Assembly (NCBI GenBank): GCA_051530055.1
Contig: CM121341.1
Span: 5,496,784 to 5,560,783, forward strand
Source of the DNA: Neoechinorhynchus agilis
Lineage: Eukaryota; Animalia; Acanthocephala
Direction: 5' to 3'
DNA: 64,000 nt
In this document: piece by piece, positions 1-10,938 of the stretch
Position numbering within the stretch: position 1 is the stretch's first letter
Layout: every line of letters starts with the position of its first letter
Position numbers and translations under genes: made by a program
Notes under the pieces: generated by a model
The model's input: the letters and a program-made list of their open reading frames with translations, nothing else
Database searches by the model: none
What the model was told of the DNA's origin: nothing

Positions 1-402
1 ATAAAAAAATACTAACAAAAGACTGCTAATATTCAGACCGAGAAGTATTTAAATGTGACAACTTTTTTTGAACGCGGATGTATTATCAATTTTTCCTTAA
101 ATCTGCACTTACAAAATTATAAAATAAATTTAAAAAATCACATAAGACTATGAATAACCTGACCAATTGTTTTTAATGTGACAAAGAAGATTTGAGGAAA
201 ACGGTCAATGCACCGGATAAAATGCTGTTTAAAAAAATTGAAAGTAGTTTCATTCAAAAGCACATTCCTTTTTAAGCGGCAGGAATAATAGCTTAAAATT
301 TCAAAATTTAGTAAACTTATCTGTCTCTTTTACGATTTTGATACAATTGAAAACTATTGGTTATTTGTACGAATCCGGTTGCGGTTAAAAAACATGATTT
401 CT

Positions 403-1030
403 TTACTCGATACTTTCTTCAAATGGTACTGCATTCGAATAGAAATCACAGACGGCATTAATGTAAAGCTCAGCGATCCTAAGTTGGATCTTTTCTAAAA
501 TCTCATGATCTGTTTTCGAAGCCAGTCGAACCCATCGATTTGGAATCTTCTCATCTCGTGACATAACAGTGATGAGCCCATGATCCTTTCTAAGCTTCGC
601 TTCTATAGAAAGCCTGCTCTCCGGATCACACATAAACTTCATGTATACTCTCTTGTTCGAACTGCCAATATTGGCATGATCCAAACCGATTGGTTCATCA
701 GTTGTAAGTTCTTCAATATCATCGGCTCCTACGTCAATCGCGACCTCTGTTGCAGTGTCCATCGAAGATTTAAGTAGGTGAAATGGAACCAAAATCATTC
801 CCCGTGAAGCGAAAACACTGTTCGTCGTATCTGTTACCGGACGAACCATGTCGATTCTAACAGAATTTCAAAGCTTAACAAATAAATCAGCTGATACATA
901 CAAAAATTTTCGAATGTTCATGTTCATTGTGAATGCCATTTGTTTTACTCTGAGACCGTAAATGTCCACTCCAATGTTGCACCGATTCGGACCCATCATT
1001 TCAAAATGGTATAACGTCTTTGTCTGAGTT
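403..1030 (-). CDS. TACO1: TACO1/YebC-family protein, C-terminal two exons (5' exons unresolved)
   Basis: FEMMGPNRCNIGVD..IRKF, then SVFASRGMILV, AIDVGADDIEE and KFMCD resemble YebC/TACO1 motifs; canonical 45-nt GTATGT..TTAG intron at 901-857 joins the frames. Confidence 0.7.
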
Positions 1031-1541
1031 ATCAATGACTGAAAGTATGGCATTCAAATTAGAATCGTACGAAATGTTCAAGTTTCAAATGATATCATCA
1101 GAGCTTTTTAAAAAAATCAACTTGATCTACAGAGCCCAAATAATCTTTAGGGTTTCCAACACCGACCCTGTACAAACAAATATCCATACGAATTTGATTG
1201 GTTGGTATTTTAATATTGGTTTCTTTGCTATGCAAAGGTTTAGATTCGTTAAAATTCGCCTAGATTCGGTTTTTGCGAAGAATTCAGAATAATAGCTAAA
1301 GTTATCGTATGGCGGAAAAATGATTTCGGCGAAATCCTGTACAAAATTGTGGTGCCCAAAATAATCGGATTCAATAAATTGCTTCAAATTTTTCATAAAA
1401 TTATGGAAAGCCTCTTTTTTCATTCCGCCATAAAGAAACAAATTAACAATTCAATCTTCAAACAAAAGCAATTGATTATATTTGTCGATATGTTGATTAA
1501 TTTAAAGGTTTTTGGTTTTGTTCGCCAGACACAGAACGTTC

Positions 1542-1732
1542 CGTCGGTTTAAAAAAAAGAGGCGGTTTAGATATTATTCGAATAAATCTGTTGACTGTGT
1601 AAGACTTGATCAAATCAGTAAACGTAATGGTGAATGGGTTTTTATTTTTGGCGATATTTTCAGAGAAGGACTAAAGATGTTAAAAAAAGATTACTAACCA
1701 TTTTAGCCGCCTCCTTTTCTTTAGAACCGACG
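1542..1732. mobile_element. MITE-like element with about 30-bp imperfect TIRs
   Basis: CGTCGGTTTAAAAAAAAGAGGCGGTTTA pairs with TTTAGCCGCCTCCTTTTCTTTAGAACCGACG; no coding capacity. Confidence 0.6.
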
Positions 1733-4700
1733 ATGAAATAGAGTGCAAAGAGAACGTAAAACAAAAAGTAATGTTAAGAAAAGATTACTTACAAAGGTCC
1801 TCACTGCAGAGTCAACGACGCTCTTTGGCACATTTCGATCGTTGGCGAATTCGGTTAGCCACTTTAGGCGGTCATTGTTTGCAGTATCTCCTTTGGAATC
1901 TAAAATAACGTTTGTCTTTAGAGTTTACCTAAATGAAACTCCGTCCTACACTCACACCTACAATGGCATACTTGATCTGATCGGTAAGTTCATCAAATAA
2001 TCGACCTCGAGTTCCGATCGGGGAAGCTGGTTTCAATGACACTGTGGGTTTAACTTCAATGTGGTTTGCGGCTTTGGACCGATGTAAATTTAGCAACGAA
2101 CACGATGGACTGAGATAACTGATATTCAAGAACTTGAAATTATATTGGCTGAGTTATTCAAACATTTCAATACCTTTTCCGTCTTAGGTGTAAAATTAAA
2201 AGGTGTGACAAGTGAAGGCTCATCTGTAATTGATCGAAAAAAAAGATCATGTCTTGGATTAGCGAGAAAAAACGAGATTTTCTTAGTCTAAAATAAGAAA
2301 ATTGTAAAGAAGTTCATTTATATATGTCTCAATATTTCGTCCGAATGTTTTAAGATTGAACTGTTCATATTTTGGTTGTTTTATATGGCGCGAAGAAATT
2401 AAATGACGATTTTGGTTTTAAAATCTCCGATTGGTTTCGGAGGCACACAATCTTGTAAGGCTTTTTGATGAAGGTTGTTTCGCAAGTTTGCCACTTGCAC
2501 AGTTCACTACCAAGGCATTAAATCCATCAAAAAATTTCCTTGTCAAAAACTAACAAGTACGACGAGACGGACGAAATATTGGGAATTAATCTTTCCTTTT
2601 TTATCACCAAAAATACAAACCCCGAAGGAAAAGTGCCACTCAATGGCAACGAATATAAAAACTATTGATTGATTTATTTGATAATTTTGGGATCAAAATT
2701 AATCCGATATGCCCAAGCAGCTTTAAAGAAGACTGATGTGAGTTCAGCAATAGTGTCCCTTATTATGAGCAGTGGCCACCGGATTAATTTTGATTGTACT
2801 CAGATTAAAGTTAAAGATAAAATCCATGAGTATGTGGCGGCGTGGACAAAATTATATATCAAAGAATGACTTTAATTGAAATATTTCGTCCAATTACACT
2901 GGACTTCTTCAGTCAATTATTGCTTGTAAGTTTCAATTCTTGGATATATAATTTTTTCCCCATTCCAAGTAATCAGATTATTGCGCGGAGTGATGTTAGG
3001 CGTGACAGGGTGACGATGGAGGCCATCATGATACAAAAAACGGATACGTTTGTGGACAACAAAGCGGATTACACACTCAATCTGCGGATCCCGCCGGATA
3101 AACGAAATTGATGGCTTCTTGGGTGCATTTTAGATAGACTGAAGACTACGAGAAAGGCGAAAATTATCAAATGAATCATTAGTGGAGGGCAGATGGAAAA
3201 ACTACGAAAAAGAACGAAACAAACCGATTTACACAAACAAACGATAGAAAGCGAATGGAAGAATAACGATGTTCTTAAATTAATTGGATTGAAAAAACAT
3301 TGACCTGTGTTTCTTTCGGGTCTTTGAGTAGAGCGCAGACGTCATTGAAAATGAAAATATATTTCGCGAGGAGGTAACCTCATCAGTCATTGTTTCGGAA
3401 GTGACAAACCTGCGAAACAATGACTGATAAGGCGAGATTACCTCCTCGCGAAATATCTCCAATAAATCAAATATGCTATTACCGGGAGTATTTTCACCAA
3501 AGTAACCCTAAAAATATTAATGACGTCGATTTCGACTTTTTAAGCGGACGTTCATTGTGTGCGAAATCTTTGATAAAATCAGGATTTGGCGGAACACTCG
3601 CTCATTCGGATTTAAATTCATAGATTTATTTCCCTGATATTTTATCGCTCGGATAATTCTGACATTTCCTCAAGGTTTAACAACATCTAAAATATGTAAA
3701 TTAATCTAATCTATGAATTTAAATCCGAATGGGAATAAATACCAAAAGAATCCTTTCCCTTGAAGATAAACATTGAACTATTTTGGTGAAATCCGATTTC
3801 GGGCTTGTATTTATCCAAAATTCCTTTAATTTTTGTAGCTGTTATAAACAAGCAAAAAAACAATTATATACAAAACTTTTATCATTCCCGAAGGATTTTC
3901 CCTATCAAAATCAGAAGTTTCATCTTATGAGCATAATGAGGGAAAATAATTGAAATTAATGGCATTGTGTGGATTTTAGCGAAGTTTCCGAGTGGAAAGC
4001 ACGCGGTAATCCGGTCCAGTGAGAGACTGGTTCGAACCTTAAGCATCGCCAATCTCACCTTTAACGGCAAGGACCAGGCGTAAATAGAAAAGCCCAATCT
4101 AACGGATTCGTTGTTCTCAAACACACGAATCTTCCCAAGTTGGGCAATAAACAATAGTTTCGATCTTTTTTATTACTTGAGTCAACATAAAATCTTGGCC
4201 AAAACATATTTTAGAGATATTTCGAGAAAGCCTAATCGGTCATTCACCACATATCCAATTGCTTGATGTTTTCGCTTGCTTAAGATTATTTGATTGAGAA
4301 TATTTCGCTTTTTTAGATTATGCTCAATGTTTTATTAATGCAAAAGCTTGGTTAAAATACTTTTTCACCACATCATTCAAACCGATTTAATTTTTGTGTC
4401 GTCTCTTAATGAGAGATTGAAATGTTTTGAATATTCTAGTCAGTGCATTTGATTTTCTCAACTGGCCTCTATTGTTCAGGGACATTTCTGATTTTTCTTA
4501 GTCCTGCAAAGATTCCTTTTCCGCCGTTAACACTTAAACAATGCTTGGGAAAGAGGCTGAAGTCTTAGAAATTCGCAATGAAGATTTCAATAATAAAGCT
4601 CGAGTGTGTTACAATTCGCCATTCAGAATACACATTCACTCGAAGGAACAATTGGATGGAACAAACATTTAATATTTATAGAAGTTCCGAAATGATAACA

Positions 4701-5311
4701 TCCTCCATTGCCTCGTAGGTCCAGCGTTCCTTTTCTGAATCGCTGATTCTCTGAAAATAGTAGTTTTGCGAGCAATATTGGCTAAAAATTCTGTGGTGCT
4801 TACTCCGAGATGGCACCCATTATACCAATGGCGAGATATTACAAAATGTAGAACGACCGAACGAGGCTTCATTGCCAGGCGTAATATTTTTTTATTGAAC
4901 TTGAAGTATAGAACCCAGATTATTCAAAATTTCGATAAACAAGTCTTTTTCGGATTTTGGCATGCTCTAATTGCACCGTAGTTTTAGAAATTGAGCATTA
5001 ATAAAGCGCATAGAGAACCGAAAATGAGATTTGGACGAGCAAAATTTTACTTTTAAATCAAACATATACACAATTTCTATTTCGAAGGAAACGATGCGGT
5101 AACATTTAAAATGACAAAATGAATTTGTCTTGGTTAAACTGTCGACGAATAAGCAAATATCCTAAAACTACAATCATTGACCAAAGTTAAAATACAACTT
5201 TGCTTTGCTGATGTTAAACCAAAGTACAGAACTGCCGTAAGCTCAAAGAATAATATTATTTGTTTTTAAACCTTCAAACACAATAACTTCTTGATTTAAA
5301 AATTATTGAGA

Positions 5312-5674
5312 TCACATTTTCTTGTAATTTCGTTTGTATTTTAGATCCCTCAACAAATTAACTGCTGAGCGAACTCGTCGTGGCTTCCGGGGTGGTTCAT
5401 CGTCTGCATCTTTCAGTTCGACGTATCGGCTTAAAATGAAGATGGCGACAATACTGAGCACAACGATACATCCAAAGAAGATATAAAACGATCGTTCATC
5501 GAAGATCTCATCGAAATCGGGAAGGAATCCTGAAAGGTACCGTATAAGATCACGTTGAGCTCGAAAACGGCGTTTGCTCTGACTTTGAAACGATCGAGGT
5601 CTCGTTGGATCCTGCATTATTTTTCCGAGGAGACGATTTGTGAGAGCGTTCTTAGAAGACGGAGATGTTTGCAT
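5312..5674 (-). CDS. Small single-pass membrane protein of unknown function
   Basis: 120-aa ORF with FLPDFDEIFDERSFYIFFGCIVVLSIVAIFILSRY hydrophobic segment flanked by basic regions. Confidence 0.6.
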   Translation of the reverse strand: MQTSPSSKNALTNRLLGKIMQDPTRPRSFQSQSKRRFRAQRDLIRYLSGFLPDFDEIFDERSFYIFFGCIVVLSIVAIFILSRYVELKDADDEPPRKPRRVRSAVNLLRDLKYKRNYKKM

Positions 5675-6055
5675 GACGAAATCCTGGAAGGGAAACAGAA
5701 ACGAGTTGGTAAGCGGAGAAGTAAGGAATTTTTGGAAGATATCACAGGAATTTGGGTTTCACATCCGGGATTACTGTCCATTTCAAAAATGGTCTTCGTT
5801 TTTAAGGAAACAAAAATATATGATAAAGTGAAGGCCCTGATTGAGAAACTTTTTTTAAAGTAGTAAAACGCAGCTACGGAGTTATCGAACTGGTGATTGA
5901 TTTATTTAGAATTACTCTTCGAATTATACGGTCGCACATTTAAGCAACTTTTGTCGACCGAAATTCGAATACTTTGCAAATGGTCAACTGTTTCACTACA
6001 TTAAAAGCAGTTCTTATTTGAGCATTCGAAATTTCTTGTAAACTGTGACTTAAAA

Positions 6056-6290
6056 ATGGAGAATTTCGTTATTGGACGAGATTTAAAAAGAATAATTTAT
6101 TTTATTGATTTCAGTAGACTGGAAATTAGCCTCAATGTTCACAGGCTCGCAAGAAAAGGACGTGGAGATGATTTGGAGGCATTTGGTTACATTCTAATTT
6201 ACTTTATTAAAGAAACACTTCCATTGATGAACAATGAACAACTCAGAAAAGAATTCCATTTCTTACTACGAATCTACGGAAACGGCTTTC
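6056..6290 (+). pseudogene. Degenerate casein kinase 1 fragment
   Basis: ENFVIG..IIYFIDFS and GRGDDLEAFGYILIYFIKETLP match CK1 subdomains VIb-IX, but DFG is altered and the activation segment is largely deleted. Confidence 0.65.
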
Positions 6291-6593
6291 TTTACTCTGT
6301 TTCGCGGATATCAAACCATTTAAGTTATTGATAAACTTCATTTATTTTTATTGGGCTTTCTTCAGAGCAACTCGTATGAAAAGCCCAACAAGTTCTTAAT
6401 CGAATCGGAGGATATTATTCAATTAGTGGTGAACAAGTTTTTAAAGAAGGATTCTGTACCCCAAAGATGCTTCGTGGCTTCTCAGGACAAAAGATTGACA
6501 AATGGTTCGAAAGTGGAATAATAAGTTGGCAAGTGTTGAACGTGTGATTTGCGTTGTCCCTAAAATTCCATTCACAACATCAAAATGAAGCAT

Positions 6594-7330
6594 TTATTGT
6601 CTTGGGAATATCAGAAACAAGGTGACTTGGATGATTCCTAGACAACATCCAATCATGTTTGGTAGGAAAACGTAATAGTCAGCCAGAACAATTCCATAAG
6701 AGGCCCAAATGATGCCAGCCAACAGAGTCATAAAGCTTAGCTTAAAACTCATTCCGGATGTGGCTCGTTGGTTCACTACATTGCACATTGAATCCAGAGG
6801 TGAAGCAAACATGAAAATGGCAAGAAACACACAGATGAGTCCAATGAGTCGTCTCACTGCTTCCTCTGTTTGGAACCCCAATACAATCCCAGTGACGGCC
6901 GACATCAAAACAATCAATGACAATGTTACTCCAAATCGATGCTTAAATAATGATTTAATGTGACTGAACGATTTTGATCGTACCTTTGAACCAGGTTTAA
7001 GCGCATAGTAGACACAATAAATGAATTCAAGACAAACGCCGATTGTGTTGCTCGCAATGATTGAAGGAAGATGGCAAAGGATTCCATAAGCCAGCCAATA
7101 CGAAGCACTACAATCAACGATTTAGTCTCAAAAGGCACAAAGTTTCGTTTCAAAATAACATTTCACTTCAAATCCGCCTAAATTCACTCGTTTCAGATTT
7201 ACAAAAAAGTAAAAGTCGAACATATTTTTTTGTCTAAAACACAAAATGTTACTCTTTTAGTGCTCGTTATGAACGGGGCAGCCTCAAAATTATCGATCTT
7301 TAAAAGACACAAAATCTTGGATTGATCTAA
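6594..7330 (-). CDS. SLC50A1: SWEET/MtN3 sugar transporter (multi-exon; start not located)
   Basis: APFITST..YWLAYG, SNTIG, MFASPL, SGMSFKLS, IWASYG, LPNMIG..QVTLF motifs; likely in-frame 42-nt GT-AG intron near 6983-6942; non-canonical junction at 7252-7107. Confidence 0.85.
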
Positions 7331-7625
7331 ATTTTTGAATCGTAATTTCTCCTTTGTACCTTAATTTTTTATTTGTAAATATTTACGGGACAAATTGATT
7401 TTAAATGTTATACTTTAAACTTCTTGTGCTATTTCGAATGAGTACTTAACATGCAAATGGTTGTTAAGTTTTTGCTATAAGAAATTAATTGTGCACCTTG
7501 GGCTTTCTCCTCCTAAAGAATTAGTTTAATTATTCCGGTTGATCTGAGTGGATTCAGGTGAATTTTGTTTTAATTTTTGATTAATTACACCGCTATAAAG
7601 CAATTTATCCTTTATTTTTATATGG

Positions 7626-8700
7626 CGAAACTTACCAAGTAAGTGACAAAATGAACGGCATTGGTGAAACTGAGTCCGTCGTTTCCTTTTCTTTGATTTC
7701 TCGGCACAAATCCCTGCTTACGAATTTAGTTGTTAACAAGTTCCGTCAAAGTCTATTTTACGTACATTCCACTCAAAAAGAGACCAACGCTCGCGATTGG
7801 TCCAACAATCGACAGCGTTAACTCTCCAAATCCATTTGAAACCATTATCTTTGTTCGGATTCCTAAAATAAGAGTAATTGGTTTGTCGACAGTCCTTTTA
7901 TATTTCCTGTTCGGCTGAATGGCGACGCAGAGGTACTGTCACACGCAAAACGCCTAAAAAGAAGCAGTCGATTTTCTCCTTTCCCGAGGACTTTAAGGAA
8001 ATGAAGGCTTCTGTGTGTGTGCGTTCGATAAGAGTGACAGTTTTTTGAATGGAGAATTTCTTAGATTATTTTCTACTTTCGACCTGCTCTTATAGATGAC
8101 ATCTAATCTTTTAACAGATTTTGCGCTACCAAGAGATTTGGTAAGGTGTGAGGACCTCTTCGTCCCGTTGCTGATTACGAACTCTCGAATCGTCTAGAGT
8201 GCGAATGACTGTTGCCGACACGGGAATCGCATAAATTCTAGACGCAAATTAGTCGGAGTTGGACTCCTTTTACCTTTTTATACGTTAAAGTGCTTACTTT
8301 TTCGAAAGTTACTCAAATGTGTCAGTGAGTTCACTAAGGAATCTCGGTTGCCGAGTTTTTAGGCTCCTTGAAAGTCAACCGTATTTTCAAGTCGATGTTC
8401 ACTTTAAACGTTACCACATCCTTGAATGGTTGAAGGCTGAGAACTAGACGAAGAATTGGCAAGTTTCCACTTTGTTACACTTTTATGGCACTTCTTTCCA
8501 TTTGCACGGCTCAAAACGCTTTCAGCACTCAAATTTCTTCACTCTTCATTTGTAAGACTTGACTAATTTATAAATCCATTCATTTCGGCTTTTGTACATT
8601 CTACTAAGCAGTGAGCATTGATCTTAAATTGTACTTTCATCCCATTCTTAACTCTGCTCTCATATTGAAGAATTTGAGTTCTTATAATCCTCAAAAACTT
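7626..8700 (-). CDS. Probable multi-exon gene of unknown function, head-to-head with HROB
   Basis: Open stretches such as NPNKDNGFKWIWRVNAVDCWTNRERWSLFEWN / QGFVPRNQRKG..VTYL are linked by GTACGT..TAAG and GTAAG signals; family not recognised and boundaries approximate. Confidence 0.4.
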
Positions 8701-8825
8701 TAACTTTTTGTCACCATCGAATTATTTCCCTTTTTTATAATAAATCAATTGATTTTCTGTAGAAAAATATTGTTTGGCCAATTACTAAACTCATTCGCAT
8801 TACCATAAAGAGAAATGCAAAAATT

Positions 8826-10551
8826 ATGGCTTCGTGCAGTTACATCCTATCGACGATTGATAAATCGGAATTCGAGAGAATAAATATCGGAAAATCAAAC
8901 AAATTAAGATCGACTGGTCGTTTGCAACTTGAATCCTACAAACCTCGTAGTCCAATAGTTGATTCGAAAATGAATCTAAAGTTCGATTTCGTGCCTTCGT
9001 CTCATGTTCTCGCTACCAACATCGAAGACCGGTTTAATTCTGGGAACGCCAAAAATGTCTCAGAATCATCCAACTCTTTCACTGGTTTACTCCAACATAA
9101 AAATCCGAACGATGAATCTCAGAAATATAAAATCAAATTTCATCAAAAGAAGGGGCAGCAAAGTATAAGGAATTATTTCAGAGTTGTTCCTGAAGAGAAA
9201 ACTAATCATGAGACTGAGATGGGTTCTTTATGGCCAACCTTAAGAAGAGAATCGAATTTACCGGAACCTTCAATGGATCAAATACCCGCTACGTCCCAAC
9301 ATATTCCCGGCCCAATTGGATTCTTACCTTCTAAGGTTTTTTCTTTATTTATTCTTTTTAAACACTGAACCGTAGATCGATCGAGACAACGAAGACGTCC
9401 TTAAGGAGCAAATCGATGCCGCATTCTCGCAGAGGGCCACTCAGGTCAAGCGGGTAAGTTCGACTCTTTGTTATTATTCGCATTTTAAGTTATTTAGAGA
9501 GTTCCGACGAAGGAAGTTTCCATTTATACGACTCTATCTTCGGCATATCACCAATGTGAGCAACATGAGATATCTTTATCGATGATGCCATCGATTGCTT
9601 TGATCAAGCGAAAAAGTCGAGTTATCCGACAGACGGAATCGAGCCGCGTTCCGCTTATTTGCGTGGCCGTCAAACGAATAGAACAAATGTTCTTCTCATC
9701 TTAAACCGTAAAAATGCTTCACATGACAATCCTTCTGTTGCTTGAGCTTTCTGGTCCACGCGAATTCACCATGTAAATGTTGAATTTTATCGATTTATCT
9801 AAATTTCAATAGGAATAAACGATTTCTAATAATGAAAGTTTCGCATATTCTATCGAGCCGCACACCAATCTATTATAGAAAATTTAATTTCTCTGAACGA
9901 CACTTAGCTATTTAATATGCATTTTATTCTACTAGAATTAAAATTGGTCATAAAAATCGTTGGAGTTTTTTTGTTTTATTGGATAATAAGAATCTTGCGG
10001 TACCGCAACCTTCGTTCCGACCAAATGTTCTTTAAATAAAAATGAACATTTGACATAAACGACAAACATGGTAACGTCCAAGTGATTTTATCTGACTTAC
10101 GAGGTGGTTCGTACGCTTTCTAACCTTTTTTCGATTTCTATTAAATTAAATCCGTAGACACATTGAAAGCTGCAATCGCGAATCATGGCTTAATTCAGGA
10201 CTTCGAACTCAGTCCAGGATGCTCACTGACACTTGCAAATGTTAGCATTTTCGGTTTTATTAAAACCTCCTCCTTCATTAATTGCAGGTTCCATTGTTTC
10301 AAGCTCAAAATGAACTCTATATTTTTATATGTCCTTCGAACATCGTTGCAGTTCATAAGCAGAGGCTGGCGAAAGTACCCGTAATTCTATACGACCGTTA
10401 TGCCGATCTCGACTGGACCGTCGTGTTGTCCGATCTTTTGGAATATACTGCTTCGTCCAGACAAGCGGAAATTTTCGATTTATCTGCAATCGAGAAATCC
10501 AACGGAGAACACAACTATTTGTTTGATGATAGCTTCTTTGATGACTTTTGA
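8826..10551 (+). CDS. HROB: HROB/MCM8IP (C17orf53) OB-fold protein
   Basis: Assembled C-terminus SIALIKRK..RVPLICVAVKRI-NDKHGNVQVILSDLRDTLKAAIANHGL..ELSPGCSLTLANVSIFG..FIN follows the HROB OB fold (KVP.MAVMIK..VVFKDPTGEMQGTVH..ELKPGSVLLL..IGVF..YLN); three canonical introns plus two atypical junctions. Confidence 0.7.
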
Positions 10552-10938
10552 GAATGTGTTGCTTGAATGATCGATTTTTAAAAGTTAAATCGTTTCTGTT
10601 GGAATTCCATGGCAATAAAAGTGGTCTGGGTAACGTGTTGACTTTTATCTTAAATGATATGGAAGCGAAAGATCGATTTTAATTCAAAGATCGTAATTTG
10701 AAAATAAAATAACAGGAGCAAAATTTTTTAGATTCGATATTTAAAAGGTAACTAAGCTCTCGTTCATCAAATTCGAGGTGTCAAAGATCTTATAGAGATG
10801 CTCCATAGGACGCTACCAATTGAAAATTTCCCTTTTGGTGCATTTTTTGACATTTAAGTTTTATCGTTTACAACACTTCCACAACGAGACAGCCCGACGG
10901 AATTTTTTTACAATGCCAGAAATAAAGATATTGCCAGT

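Noticed and set aside
640-705. Apparent ~13-aa insertion with palindrome TGCCAATATTGGCA in TACO1 exon
   Set aside because: Symmetric excision is out of frame, and the region is a variable loop
2475-4981. Short ORFs in the 2.5-5 kb region
   Set aside because: They overlap dispersed repeats (shared with about 19255, 28457 and 35005) and show no protein motif
7887-7996. Candidate hairpin insert (AGTCCT/AGGACT, in frame with 4+4 overhangs) in the unknown minus-strand gene
   Set aside because: Only a 6-bp stem, no homology for calibration, and a canonical GT..TTATTTTAG alternative also restores the frame
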